A program made the position numbers and the translations under genes. From NCBI GenBank assembly GCA_963747235.1, contig CAVVEU010000008.1:256001-320000 (forward strand): a stretch of DNA of 64,000 nt, written 5' to 3'. The DNA is from an uncultured Candidatus Rokubacteria bacterium (lineage in GTDB: Bacteria; Methylomirabilota; Methylomirabilia; Rokubacteriales; CSP1-6). This document shows positions 19,972 through 30,714 of this stretch, piece by piece. Under the pieces are notes generated by a model. The model saw only the letters and a list, made by a program, of their open reading frames with translations. It had not been told where the DNA came from and ran no database searches. Within the stretch, counting starts at the first letter, position 1, and every line of letters starts with the position of its first letter.

Positions 19972-21015
19972 ATGGCCACGCGCATCAGCTCCCAGCGGTA
20001 TGCCGTCGAGGACTTCCACGAGGCGCTCGAGCTCTGCTACAGCCGGGGGTGGACCGACGGGCTGCCGGTCGTGCCGCCCACGGAGCCGGCGGTGCGCGCG
20101 ATGCTCGACGCGGTGGGGCTCGAGCCCGACGCGCAGGTGGCCTTCATCACGAACCGCCAGGCGGCCATCAGCGCCGAGAAGGTGGCGATCAACGCGGTGA
20201 TGGCGGGTTGTCGGCCCGAGCACATGCCGGTGGTGCTGGCCGCGGTCGAGGGCATCGCGGACCCGCGCTGGGGCTATCACGGGCCGGCCACGTCCACCGG
20301 CGGCGCGGGCGTCCTGATGATCGTCAACGGGCCCATCGCGCGGCGGCTCGACTTCAACTGCGGCGACAACCTGTTCGGCCCGGGCTGGCGCTCCAACGCC
20401 ACCGTCGGGCGCGCGGTGCGCCTGGTGATGCGCAACGTGATCGGCACCATTCCGGGCCGTCTCGACCGCGGCACGGTGGGCCACCCCGGCAAGTACACCT
20501 ACGTGATCGCGGAGAACGAGGCGGAGAGCCCGTGGACGCCGCTGCACGTGGAGCGCGGTTGCCGGCCCGAGGACAGCGCGGTGACGGTGATGGCCGCGCT
20601 GGGACCGCATCAGTTCTATAACCAGCTCTCCGCCACCGCGGCCGGTGTGCTCGGCACGATGTGCGACGCCATGCGCTACCCCGGCATGGTGGGCCAGCCG
20701 AACTACTGCGTCGTCCTGGCGGGCGAGCACATGCGGACCATCGCGGCGGACGGCTGGTCCAAGTCCGACATCCGCAAGTACGTCTTCGAGAACAGCACGA
20801 ACACGATCGCGCATCTGAAGCGGACCGGCCGGCTGCCCGGCGCGATCAAGCCGGAGGACGAGACCGCGACCCGGCCCCTGGTGATGAGCCCGGACGACCT
20901 GCTGGTGGTGGCGGCGGGCGGTCGCGCCGGCTCGTTCTCGTGCTTCATCCCGGGCTGGGCGAGCCGGACATCGTCGCAGGCGGTGACCACGGTGATCAAA
21001 GAGAGGAGACCATGA
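19972..21015 (+). CDS. Uncharacterised UGSC-partner protein (paralogue of the C-terminal domain of 15178..16779)
   Basis: Shared motifs GWxDGLP..P.T, AxNAVxAG..PEH.PV, IVNGPIA.RL, HPGKY.Y..AENE..SPW..L.VERG; AGGAGG upstream. Confidence 0.88.
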   Translation: MATRISSQRYAVEDFHEALELCYSRGWTDGLPVVPPTEPAVRAMLDAVGLEPDAQVAFITNRQAAISAEKVAINAVMAGCRPEHMPVVLAAVEGIADPRWGYHGPATSTGGAGVLMIVNGPIARRLDFNCGDNLFGPGWRSNATVGRAVRLVMRNVIGTIPGRLDRGTVGHPGKYTYVIAENEAESPWTPLHVERGCRPEDSAVTVMAALGPHQFYNQLSATAAGVLGTMCDAMRYPGMVGQPNYCVVLAGEHMRTIAADGWSKSDIRKYVFENSTNTIAHLKRTGRLPGAIKPEDETATRPLVMSPDDLLVVAAGGRAGSFSCFIPGWASRTSSQAVTTVIKERRP

Positions 21016-21554
21016 TGGCGGGTTTCGAGATCCTGGATCCGACGGTCGAGCCCCGGCGCCAGCCGCTGACGTACGTGGCGCGGCCGGACTCGCTCAAGGG
21101 CAAGCGCATCGGCCTGGTGGAGAACACCAAGTACAACTCGGACAAGCTGCTGGTGAAGATCGGCGACATCCTGAAGCGGGAGTACGGCGCCTCCGAGACG
21201 CGGATGTGGCGCAAGCACAACTCCGGGGTGCCCGCGCACGCGGAGATCATCGAGGAGGCCAAGCGCACCGTCGACGTCGTCGTCGCCGGCATCGGCGACT
21301 GAGGGTCCTGCTCGTCGGGCAGTGTGCTCGACGGAATAGTGTTCGAGAAGGTCGGCATCCCGGCCGCGTCCATCGTCACCGATGTGTTCGAGGCCACCGG
21401 CCACGCCATGGCCCAGTCCTGGGGCGTCCCGGAGTACCGCTTCCTGGCCCTGCCACATCCCATCGCGAACCTCAGCGAAGCCGACCTCGACGCCCGCGCC
21501 CGCGCGATCGCGCCCGAGGTCGTCCGACTGCTCCTGAAAGGCCAAGAAGGCTAA
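21012..21554 (+). CDS. UGSC-family selenoprotein (180 aa); Sec at TGA 21300-21302
   Basis: EILDP..LKGKRIGLVENTK..DVVVAGIGD-U-GSCSSGSVLD..EKVGIPA..PHPIANL; in-frame read-through, AGGAG RBS, ATGA overlap with the partner gene. Confidence 0.9.
21313..21333 (+). promoter_or_regulatory. Bacterial SECIS-like hairpin
   Basis: CGTCGGGCA-GTG-TGCTCGACG, a 9-bp stem (one G-U pair) starting 10 nt after the UGA. Confidence 0.8.
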
Positions 21555-21663
21555 AGCACAGAGCAGTAGACGGTTGTCCGCCATCTGGGGGAGCGCGGGG
21601 GCCATTTCTGGGCCCCCGCGTATGAACAGAGCTTAAAGAATTAAGCGAATATACGCAGAACGA

Positions 21664-22635
21664 ATGCCCGCGGACTACGCCCCCCCGTTCTGGTACCGCG
21701 GCCGACACCTCCAGACGCTCTGGGGGCCGCTGCTGCGCCACTGGCGGCGGCCCCCGCTGCGCCGGGAGCGCCTGCACACGCCGGACGGCGACTTCCTCGA
21801 CCTGGACTGGCTCGCCGGCGCGCCCGAGCGCGGCCCGCTGATCCTGATCCTCCACGGCCTCGAGGGCTCGGCGCGCTCGCACTACGCGCGGGGTCTGCTG
21901 CGAGGCGCGGGGGCGCTCGGCTGGCGGGCGGCGGTCATGCACTTCCGTTCGTGCAGCGGCGAGGTCAACCGGCTGCCGAAGCTCTATCACTCGGGCGAGA
22001 CGTCCGACCTCGAGTGGGTGATCGGCGAGCTGGCCAAGCGGGAGGCCGCGCCGCGCATCGGACTGGTGGGGGTCTCCCTCGGCGGCAACGTCGCGCTCAA
22101 GTGGCTCGGCGAGCAGGGGGAGGCGGCGCCGGCCGAGATCCGGGCCGCGGCCGCCATCTCGACGCCGTTCGATCTGGCCGCCTGCGCCCGCGTGCTCGAT
22201 CAGGGCTTCAACCGTGCGGTCTACACCGAGAGCTTCCTGCGCACCATGAAGGCCAAGATCCGCGCCAAGCGGCACCTCTACGACGGCCGCCTGGACGTGG
22301 ACGCGGCGCTCCGGGCGCGCACCTTCACGGAGTACGACCGGTTCTTCACCGCCCCGGTCAACGGCTTCGCCGACGAGGTCGACTACTGGGCGCGGGCGAG
22401 CAGCGCGCCGTATCTCGAGCGTATCCGGCGCCCCACGCTCCTGATCAACGCGATGAACGATCCGTTCATGCCGGCGGCGTGCCTGCCGACCGCGGTGGTG
22501 GAGCGGTCGCCATGGCTCGAGGCGGCCTTCGTCGCCGAGGGCGGGCACGTGGGGTTTCTCGACGGGGCGCTCGGGCGCGCGTCGTGGGCGGAGCGCCGCG
22601 CGCTCGCCTTCCTGGCGCGCCATCTGCTACGATGA
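21664..22635 (+). CDS. YheT-family alpha/beta hydrolase
   Basis: HLQT, DGDFLDLDW, HGLEG, GVSLGG, DPF, GGHVGF. Confidence 0.9.
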   Translation: MPADYAPPFWYRGRHLQTLWGPLLRHWRRPPLRRERLHTPDGDFLDLDWLAGAPERGPLILILHGLEGSARSHYARGLLRGAGALGWRAAVMHFRSCSGEVNRLPKLYHSGETSDLEWVIGELAKREAAPRIGLVGVSLGGNVALKWLGEQGEAAPAEIRAAAAISTPFDLAACARVLDQGFNRAVYTESFLRTMKAKIRAKRHLYDGRLDVDAALRARTFTEYDRFFTAPVNGFADEVDYWARASSAPYLERIRRPTLLINAMNDPFMPAACLPTAVVERSPWLEAAFVAEGGHVGFLDGALGRASWAERRALAFLARHLLR

Positions 22636-23936
22636 CCGCCGTGCTTCGTGACGCGTACGGCCTGACCGTCTCGACGGGCTCCCGCGCCGCCGTGGACGCC
22701 CACGACCGCGGCGTGCGCGCCCTGCTTGGCTTCGGCGCCGAGACGGTGGACGAGTTCCGCCGCGCGGTGGACGCCGACCCCGACTTCGTGCTGGCCCGCG
22801 CGGCCCTCGCGGTCGCGCTCTATCTGGACGAGGAGATCGCCCCCGGGCGCGCGGAGATGGAGCGCGCGGTGGCCGACGGCGCCGCGCAGGCCACGACGCT
22901 GACCGGCCGCGAGCGGCGGCACCTGGAGGCGCTCCGGCTCTTCGTGGGCGGGCGCGGCAACGACGCGATCCCGGTCATGAAGGAGATCCTGGCCGAGCAC
23001 CCGCGCGACGTGCTCCTGATGCAGCGTCTCTACTTCCTCTACTTCTGGCAGGGGCGCTCGGCCGACATGCTCGAGATCACGACCGAGGTGCTCCCCGCCC
23101 TCGAGGACGACGGCTACGCGCTCGGCTACCACGCCTTCGCGCTCGAGGAGACCCGGCGCTTCGCCGAGGCGCTGCCCCTGGCCGAGCGGGCGCTGGCCCG
23201 GAACCCGCGCGACGCGTGGGCGGTGCACGCCATCGCGCACGTGCACTACGAGCGGGGCGACAACCGGCGCGGCATCGAGAGCCTGCCGCCGCAGATCCAT
23301 CCGTGCGACCACCTGGGCTACTTTCGAAACCATCTCCTGTGGCACCTGGCCCTGCTCTACCTGGCCGAGGGCGACTACGAGCGCGGCGGCCGCCTCTTCG
23401 AGAGCGTGTTCGGCCGCATCCCGATCACGATCGCCTCCGATCTCCAGGATTCGGTCGCGCTGGCCTGGCGGCTCGACCTGTTCGGCCATCCCGACCCGAA
23501 GCGCTGGACCCGGCTCGCGGAGGCGGCGCGGCGCTGGATCGAGATGCCGCTCCTGCTGTTCCACGATCTGCACGTGGGGATGGCGCTCTCCGCGGGTGGA
23601 GAATGGACGACCGCGGAGGAGCATCTCGAGCGGCTGCGCGCGCGCGGGAAGAAGTCGAAGAACGCGACGCTTCCGGAGGTGGTGGTGCCGCTGCTGGAAG
23701 GCCTCCACGCCTTCGCGCGGGGTGACGACGCGGGGTGCGTGGCCCGGATGGAGCCGGTGGCCGCGCGCGTGGTCGAGGTGGGCGGCAGCCACGCCCAGCG
23801 CGAGGTCTTCCACGACACGCTCCTGGCCGCGGCCCTGCGCCGCCGGATGCGCGAGCGGGCGATGGCCCTTCTCGAGCGCCGCCTCGCCAAGCGTCCCAAC
23901 CCCGGGCATTTCTGGGAGCATTCGCGCGCGTCATGA
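22632..23936 (+). CDS. Tetratricopeptide repeat protein, TTC38-like
   Basis: NPRDAWAVHAIAHV, NHLLWHLAL, GGSHAQRE. Confidence 0.8.
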   Translation: MTAVLRDAYGLTVSTGSRAAVDAHDRGVRALLGFGAETVDEFRRAVDADPDFVLARAALAVALYLDEEIAPGRAEMERAVADGAAQATTLTGRERRHLEALRLFVGGRGNDAIPVMKEILAEHPRDVLLMQRLYFLYFWQGRSADMLEITTEVLPALEDDGYALGYHAFALEETRRFAEALPLAERALARNPRDAWAVHAIAHVHYERGDNRRGIESLPPQIHPCDHLGYFRNHLLWHLALLYLAEGDYERGGRLFESVFGRIPITIASDLQDSVALAWRLDLFGHPDPKRWTRLAEAARRWIEMPLLLFHDLHVGMALSAGGEWTTAEEHLERLRARGKKSKNATLPEVVVPLLEGLHAFARGDDAGCVARMEPVAARVVEVGGSHAQREVFHDTLLAAALRRRMRERAMALLERRLAKRPNPGHFWEHSRAS

Positions 23937-24732
23937 ACTGGCACGCCCTCGGCGGCGCGCTTTCTCGAGGACGTGCTCGGACGCGAGGGCATCGCGACCG
24001 AGACGGTGGAGTCGGTCCCGGGCCGCGGCAACCTGGTGGCGCGCCTCCGGGGCGACGGGTCCGAGGGCGGCATCGTGCTGCACCATCACATCGACGTGGT
24101 GTACGCCGACCGGCGCTACTGGACGGCAGGAGTACTTCGCCAAGCTCGGCTCGGTGCTGCCGGGCGAGGCGGGGCGCGGCTACGACGACCTCGAGCGCTC
24201 GCTCCGCGACGCGGGTTTCCGGCGCGCCTTCCTGGCCAAGCGCCTGCATTCCGCGATGCTGCGGACGACCTTCGCGGTCACCATGCTGAAGGGCAGCGAG
24301 AAGCGCAACGTGATCCCGCCGGAAGCGGTCGCCGACATCGACTGCCGCATGCTGCGCGGGGACGATCCGGAGGAGATCGTGAGCTGGGTGCGCGGCGTGA
24401 TCGGCGACGAGCGGGTGGAGGTGACGCTCTCCAACCCGCCGCCCAAGATCCCGAACGCCTCGCCCCCCGACACCCCGCTCTACAAGGCCCTCGGCCAGGC
24501 GCTCGCGCGGCGCGCCCCCGGCGTGGTGGTGGCGCCCGACATCCTGGTGGGCTTCACCGACAACTGGGTGTTCCGCAACTGCGGGCTGCACGGCTACGGG
24601 TTCAGCCCCTTCATCCTGGGAGACGACGAGTGGCGGCGCGTGCACGGCAACGACGAGCGGATCTCGCTCGAGAACCTGACCGAAGGGGTGCGCTGCCACA
24701 CCGAGATGCTGCTGGACGTGGCGGCCGCGTGA
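23933..24732 (+). pseudogene. M20/M25/M40 metallopeptidase with internal deletions (pseudogene or assembly gap)
   Basis: GRGNLVARL and HIDVV..W jump straight to C-terminal KRNVIP, DCRML, GFTD, HGNDERI. The GRGxxDxK and DEE metal-binding segments are absent. Confidence 0.7.
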
Positions 24733-25217
24733 TGGCGCGCGGGGCGCTCGTGATCCGGCGGGGCACCGAGCGGGACGTGCCCACCATCCTGAAGCTGATC
24801 CGCGGGCTCGCCGAGTACGAGCGGCTCGCGCACGAGATGGAGGCCACCGCGGCGCGGGTGCGGGCCCACGGGTTCGGGCGCCGGCGCTACTTCGAGACGA
24901 TCATCTGCCGGCGCGGCGGCAAGCCGGTGGGCTTCGCGCTCTACTTCTTCACCTACTCCACGTTCCTCGCGCGGCCGACGCTCTACCTGGAGGACCTCTT
25001 CGTGCTGCCCGAGGACCGTGGCACCGGGGCGGGGAAGGCGCTGCTCCGCGCCCTGGCGCGCATCGCGGTGCGGCGCGGGTGCGGGCGCCTCGAGTGGGCG
25101 GTGCTCGACTGGAACCGGCCCGCGATCGGCTTCTACAAGCGGCTGGGCGCGAAGCTGCGCCGGCAGTGGATCCTCACGCGGCTCACGGGGGCCCCGCTGC
25201 GCCGCCTGGCGCGTTGA
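24732..25217 (+). CDS. GNAT N-acetyltransferase (SSAT/diamine acetyltransferase-like)
   Basis: GLAEYE, YSTF..LYLEDLFV..RGTGAG, EWAVLDWN..AIGFY. Confidence 0.9.
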   Translation: MARGALVIRRGTERDVPTILKLIRGLAEYERLAHEMEATAARVRAHGFGRRRYFETIICRRGGKPVGFALYFFTYSTFLARPTLYLEDLFVLPEDRGTGAGKALLRALARIAVRRGCGRLEWAVLDWNRPAIGFYKRLGAKLRRQWILTRLTGAPLRRLAR

Positions 25218-25224
25218 GCCCGCC

Positions 25225-25737
25225 TTGATCCGCCCCGCCCTCGCGGTCTCGCTGCTGGCCCTGATCGCCGGCGCGCCGGGCCCGTCGCTCGCCCAGTCCA
25301 TCACGTGCCCGCCCGGCAGCACGCGCGGCGGCACCGAGAGCGAGGCGGGGAAATTCCACTGGTGCGAGCAGGTCACGCCCAGCGGGCCGATCCGGCAGGG
25401 CCCGATGGTGGGCTTCCATCCCAACGGCCGGCGCAGCTTCGAGCTCAACTTCGTGGACGGCTCGCCCCGCGGGGCGGTCCGCGCCTGGTACGAGGGCGGC
25501 CAGCCGAGCATGACCGGCGAGACGCGGCCGGACAACGGCACGCTCGTCCTCTGGGACGACCGGGGCCGGAAGCGGGCCCAGGTGGACGTGCGCGACCGGC
25601 AGGTCGTGACGCGGGCGTGGGACGAGGAGGGGCGCGAGGAGCGCTACCAGGAGGCGAAGCTCGCGAGGGCGATGCCCGCCAACCGCAACCTCGGGTTCCT
25701 CATGCAGCTCTGGGCCGTGGGGATCGGCATCCAGTAG
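25225..25737 (+). CDS. Exported hypothetical protein with MORN-variant/YwqK-like repeats
   Basis: Signal peptide, CPPG..WC, QGP..GFHPNG, WYEGG, WDDRG, WDEEG. Confidence 0.6.
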   Translation: MIRPALAVSLLALIAGAPGPSLAQSITCPPGSTRGGTESEAGKFHWCEQVTPSGPIRQGPMVGFHPNGRRSFELNFVDGSPRGAVRAWYEGGQPSMTGETRPDNGTLVLWDDRGRKRAQVDVRDRQVVTRAWDEEGREERYQEAKLARAMPANRNLGFLMQLWAVGIGIQ

Positions 25738-25752
25738 ACGAGAGGGAATGCT

Positions 25753-27116
25753 CTATCGCAGCATCGCCCGGATCCGCTCGATCGCGGCCTCCGAGGCCCT
25801 CACCCGATAGTGGACGCCGTCGCCCTGGTAGGACTCCGAGATCACGTGGATCTTGTGGATCTCGCCGATCGCGCTGCCTGCCGCGTACGGGACGACGAGG
25901 TCGACCTCGGTCATGTCCGCGTCGAAGGCGCCGATGATCGCGTCCCGCACGCGCCGGACGTCTGCCTCGTCCTTGGCCGAGACGAGCAGCGCGGCCGGGA
26001 ACTCTCTCGCCAGGGCCTCGCGCTCGGGCGGGGCGACCTTGTCGATCTTGTTGAGCACGAGGATCCACGGCACGTCGCCGGCGCCGATCTCGTCGAGCAC
26101 CTCGCGCGTCACCTGCAACTGCGCGCGGAAGCCCGGATCGGCCGCATCGACGATCTGCAGCAGCAGCGACGCTTCGAGCGCCTCGTCGAGCGTCGAGCGG
26201 AAGCTGGCGACGAGGTCGTGCGGGAGCTTCTTGATGAAGCCGACCGTATCCGAGACCAGGATGCGCGGCCGACTCTCGGGCCACAGCGCCCGGACGGTCG
26301 TATCGAGGGTCGCGAACAGCTTGTCGGCGACGAGCACGTGCGAGCCGGTGAGCGCGCGCATCAGCGACGACTTGCCCGCGTTGGTGTACCCGACCAGCGC
26401 GACCCGCAGCGCGTCCTGACGCCGGGTCCGGCGCGTCCTCGACTCGTCTTCGATGGCGGCCAGCTCCGCCTTGAGCTCGGAGATGCGGTCGCGGATCTTG
26501 CGGCGATCGAGCTCCAGGAGGATTCCCCCGCGCCCCGCTGGCCGACGCCGCCGCGCTGGCGCTCGCCGCCTCCGGTCTCGCGCAACCGGGGGGCCACATA
26601 GGTGAGTCGGGCGATCTCGACCTGGAGCCGCGCCGGCCGGCTCGACGCGTGCCGGTGGAAGATCTCGATGATCACGCCCGTGCGGTCCAGGACCTGCGCG
26701 GCCGAGGTCGCGCGCTCGATGTTGCGGAGCTGGCGAGGCGAGCAGCTCGTGGTCGATGACGACGACGGTGGCGCGCGGATCTCCGTTCGGCGTGGCGCGG
26801 GGCGGCATCGTCGAGGTCCAGCGGTCCGCTTCGTCGTGCGGGGTCGCCTTCTTCTTGGCGGGCGGGCCCTTGGGAACGACGCCCGTGCCGCCGGTCCAGG
26901 CGGCCAGCTCCGGCCAGCTTGCCCTCGCCGAGCAGCGTGGCCGCGCCGAGGCCCTTGCGCTTCTGCGTGACCTCGCCGACGACCTCGAAGCCGAGCGTCT
27001 CGCACAGGCGCTGGAGCTCCTTCAGCGACGACCGCTGTTCGGCGTCGGTGACGCCGGGACAGCTGCACGGCGACGAGCATCGTCCTGGGGCGCGGGGCTT
27101 CGGTGGGGGATGACAT
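25753..27116 (-). CDS. hflX: GTPase HflX, several frameshifts
   Basis: GEGK, DRTGVIIEIF, GYTNAGKS, LFATLD, DTVGFI, NKID. Confidence 0.9.
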
Positions 27117-27229
27117 GACGAAGGAGACTCCATGCAGTTGTACCACGCGGCTAGTCGGCGGGCGCGAATGCTGCGCTCGAGTTACGCAGGCCGCCTACGC
27201 GGATGGTCTGCCGGGAGCCCGGTGGCCCA

Positions 27230-28666
27230 TCACGACGATGCCGCGGACACCACCGGCGGGATCCGATCCGCCCAGGGCGCGGCGGCCTCGAAGGCGGCCG
27301 CGGCCCGGAGCACCGCGGCCTCCTGGCGGCGCCGGCCGACGATCTGCAGGCCCACCGGCAGCCCGCTCTTCGTGAAGCCGCACGGCACCGAGATGACGGG
27401 CAGCGCGGTGACCGTGATGCCGTAGGTCAGGAAGAACCACTGGGTGTAGTTGTCGAGCGCCTTGCCGTTGATCTCGGTGGGATAGGGCTGCTCCACCGGG
27501 AAGGGCGGCATCGCGACGGTGGGCAGGATCAGCAGATCGCGCGTCTCCATGAAGGCGCGCACCCGGTGCCAGAGGCGGGTCCGGAGCTTCTCGCCGTTGC
27601 CGATCTGCTCGGGGGTCAGCGAGAGCCCCTGCTTGATGTTCCACACGAGCCCCTTCTGCATCTCCGGCTCCCAGCGCGCGAGCTTGTCGGCGTGGCGCGC
27701 GACCATGCCGAGGCCGCGGGTGGCCAGCACGATGTCGTTGACCTCGCTGAAGTCGGGACAGGCCCGCTCGACCTTCGCGCCGAGGCCGCGGAATACCGCG
27801 AGGGCCCGCTCGGCGACCGCGGCCACCTCGTGGTCCACCGGGATCAGCCCGTTGAGATCGGGCGTCCACGCCACGCGCCAGCCCTTGATCGACGGGCCGC
27901 TTCACCGCCGCGGTGAACTGCCGCGTGTCCACGTCGTAGGAGAGCGGCGCGCGGTCGTCGGGGCCCGCCATCGCGGCCAGCATGAGGGCCACGTCGCCCA
28001 CGGTGCGGGCCATGGGGCCGGTCACGCTGAGGGAGTCCCAGCCCAGATCCGCCGGGTAGACCGGGATGAGCCCCGGCGAGGTCCGGAAGCCGACCACGCC
28101 GCAGAACGCGGCGGGCGTCCGCAGCGAGCCGCCGAGATCCGAGCCCTGGGCGAGGGGGGCCATGCCGGTGGCCAGGGCCACCGCGGCGCCGCCGCTCGAG
28201 CCGCCGCAGGTGAGCGCGGTGTTCCACGGATTGCGGGTGGCGCCGAAGACCGCGTTGAAGGTGTTGCCGCCGGCCCCGAACTCGGGCGTATTGGTCTTGC
28301 CGACCACGATGGCGCCGGCCCGCTTGAGCCGGTCGACGTAGAGCGCGTCCTCCTCGGGCACGTGGTGCTCGAAGATCTTGGAGCCCCACGTCGTGCGGAT
28401 GCCCTTGGTGGGCGTCAGGTCCTTGATCGAGACCGGGACGCCGTGGAGCGGGCCCAGCGCGCCCGGCGCGTGAGCGCGGCGGTCGCCTTCCGGGCGCCCG
28501 CGAGCGCGGACTCGCGCGCGACCGTGACGTAGGCGTTGACGCGCGGATTGACCGCGTCGATGCGCGCCAGGACCGCCTGCATCACCTCGAGCGGGGACAC
28601 CTTCCGGGCGCGGTAGAGGCGCTGGAGCGCGGTGGCGGGGACGAAGCACAGATCACGATCGGTCAC
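27230..28666 (-). CDS. Amidase signature family protein, frameshifted
   Basis: GPLHGVPVSIKD, GKTNTPEFG, GGSSGG, GSDLGGSLRTPA, GLPVGLQI. Confidence 0.9.
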
Positions 28667-28677
28667 GGAACCGGACG

Positions 28678-29693
28678 CTAGCCGGTGGCCTCGCGGGAGA
28701 TGCGCCGCGTCGGCGACCTGCATGTCCTCCCCCGCCTTGCGAGACGACAGGACCTTGCGCGGGTCGAGGGCGTCGCGCAGGCCGTCGCCGATGTAGTTGA
28801 TGCTGAGCACGGTGAGGAAGATGGCGGTGCCCGGGAAGATGGCCCAGTGCGGGGCGAAGTCGAGGTTGTCCTTGGCGTCGAAGAGGATGCGGCCCCAGGT
28901 CGGGATGTCGGGCGGGAAGCCCAGGCCCAGGAAGGATAGCGACGACTCCGCGATGATGGCGGCGGCCACGTCGATGGTGCCGGCCACGATGACCGGGCCC
29001 ACCGCGTTGGGCAGGATGTGGCGGACGACCTGCCGGAGCGGCGGGCGCCCCGAGCCCGCGCGCCGCCTCCACGAACTCCTTCTCGCGCAGCGACAGGAAC
29101 TGGGCGCGGACGAGCCGCGCCACCGGCATCCAGCGCAGCCCGCCGATGACGACGACCACCAGGATGAACACCCCCATCTCGGGGCCCATCACCTTCTTCA
29201 GCGCGTCGCGGAAGAGGTAGACCAGCAGGAGGAGCAGCGGGAGCCCGGGCAGGGAGAGGAAGAGATCGGTGACGCGCATCAGCGCGTGGTCGGTGGCGCC
29301 GCCCATCTGGCCGGCGGTGGCGCCGATCATGGTGCCGACGATGATGGCGATGAGCATCGCGGCGACGCCCACCGCGAGCGAGATGCGGCCGCCGTAGAGC
29401 ATGCGCGCGAGGAGGTCCTGGCCCAGGTCGTCGGTGCCGAGCGGGTGCGCCCACGAGGGGCCCTTCAGCTTGGCCTTGAAGTCGATCTCGTTGATGGGGA
29501 CGCGGTAGACGAACGGGCCGACCAGCACCGCGACCACCATCGACCAGCAGCACCGACCATCCCGACGGTGGCGAGGCGGTGCTTGCGGAAGCGCCGCCAC
29601 GACTCGCTCCAGAGCGTCCGCACCCGGGGCGGGCGGCGAGCGACGACCGCCCCCGGACCGTCTGGGACGCCACGCCGTTCGGGGAGGAGTCAT
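28678..29693 (-). CDS. Peptide/nickel ABC permease (DppC-like), frameshifted; 3' end approximate
   Basis: HPLGTDDLGQD..GGRISL, FVEAARGLG, ESSLSFLGLG..PTWG, GDGLRDALDP. Confidence 0.85.
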
Positions 29694-29696
29694 GCT

Positions 29697-30659
29697 CTAT
29701 CGGTACGAGATGCGCGGATCGAGCCAGCCGTAGAGCAGGTCCGCCACCAGGTTGAAGATCAGCACGAGGCAGGAGAACACGAAGGTGATGGCCATGATCA
29801 CCGGGGTGTCGTTGGCGAGGATCGAGGTGATCAGGAGCGAGCCGATGCCGGGCACCCGGAAGATCTGCTCGGTGATGACCGCGCCGGTGAAGATGCCGGG
29901 GATCTGGAGCGCGATCAGGGTGACGACCGGGATCAGCGCGTTGCGCACCACGTGCTTGAGGATCGTGACCCTCTCGGAGAGCCCCTTGGCCCGCGCGGTG
30001 TTGATGTAGTCGAGCCGGATCACCTCCAGCACCGCCGAGCGCATGTAGCGCGTCATGGCCGCGCCCTGGAAGAGGCCCAGCACCGTCACCGGCATGATGA
30101 CCTGGCGGATGTTCTCCCAGTACCAGCGCCAGCCGGAGCCGCTGATGTCCGCGCGGTAGATGAAGGGCAGCCAGTCGAGATAGATGCTGAAGAACAGGAT
30201 GAAGAGGATGCCGGTGAAGAAGGTGGGCAGCGAGAAGCCGATGAACGCGAAGGTGGTCGAGATCTGGTCGAAGAGCGAGTAGGGGCGCATCGCCGCGTAG
30301 ATGCCCGACCGGCAGCGCCACCAGGAGCCCCAGGAGCTGAGCCAGGCCCAGCACCCAGAGGGTGGTGGGCAGCCGCTGCATGATGAGGGTGCCCACGTCG
30401 ATGCGGCTCACGAAGGAGAAGCCCCAGTCGCCCTTGACCATGGACATGAACCAGCGCACGTAGCGGACCGGGATCGGGTCGTCGAGGCCGAACTGGTGGC
30501 GGAGGTTCATGCGCACCTCGGGCGGGACGTTGGGGTTGGTGGCCAGCTCCTCGAACGGATCGCCCGGGGCCATGGCCAGGATGGTGAACAGGACCAGGCT
30601 GATCCCGGCCAGGGCCGGGGATCAAGATCAGGACCCGCCGGATGCAGATACTTGGACAT
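29697..30659 (-). CDS. Peptide/nickel ABC permease (DppB-like), frameshifted
   Basis: APGDP, FGLDDP, GDWGFS, ARAKGL, TEQIF..PGIG, LYGWLDPRI. Confidence 0.85.
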
Positions 30660-30714
30660 CGCGGCAACGGCGCGGGCGGGCCGGGCCCGTCGGCCCGGCC
30701 CGCCCGCCGTCCGC

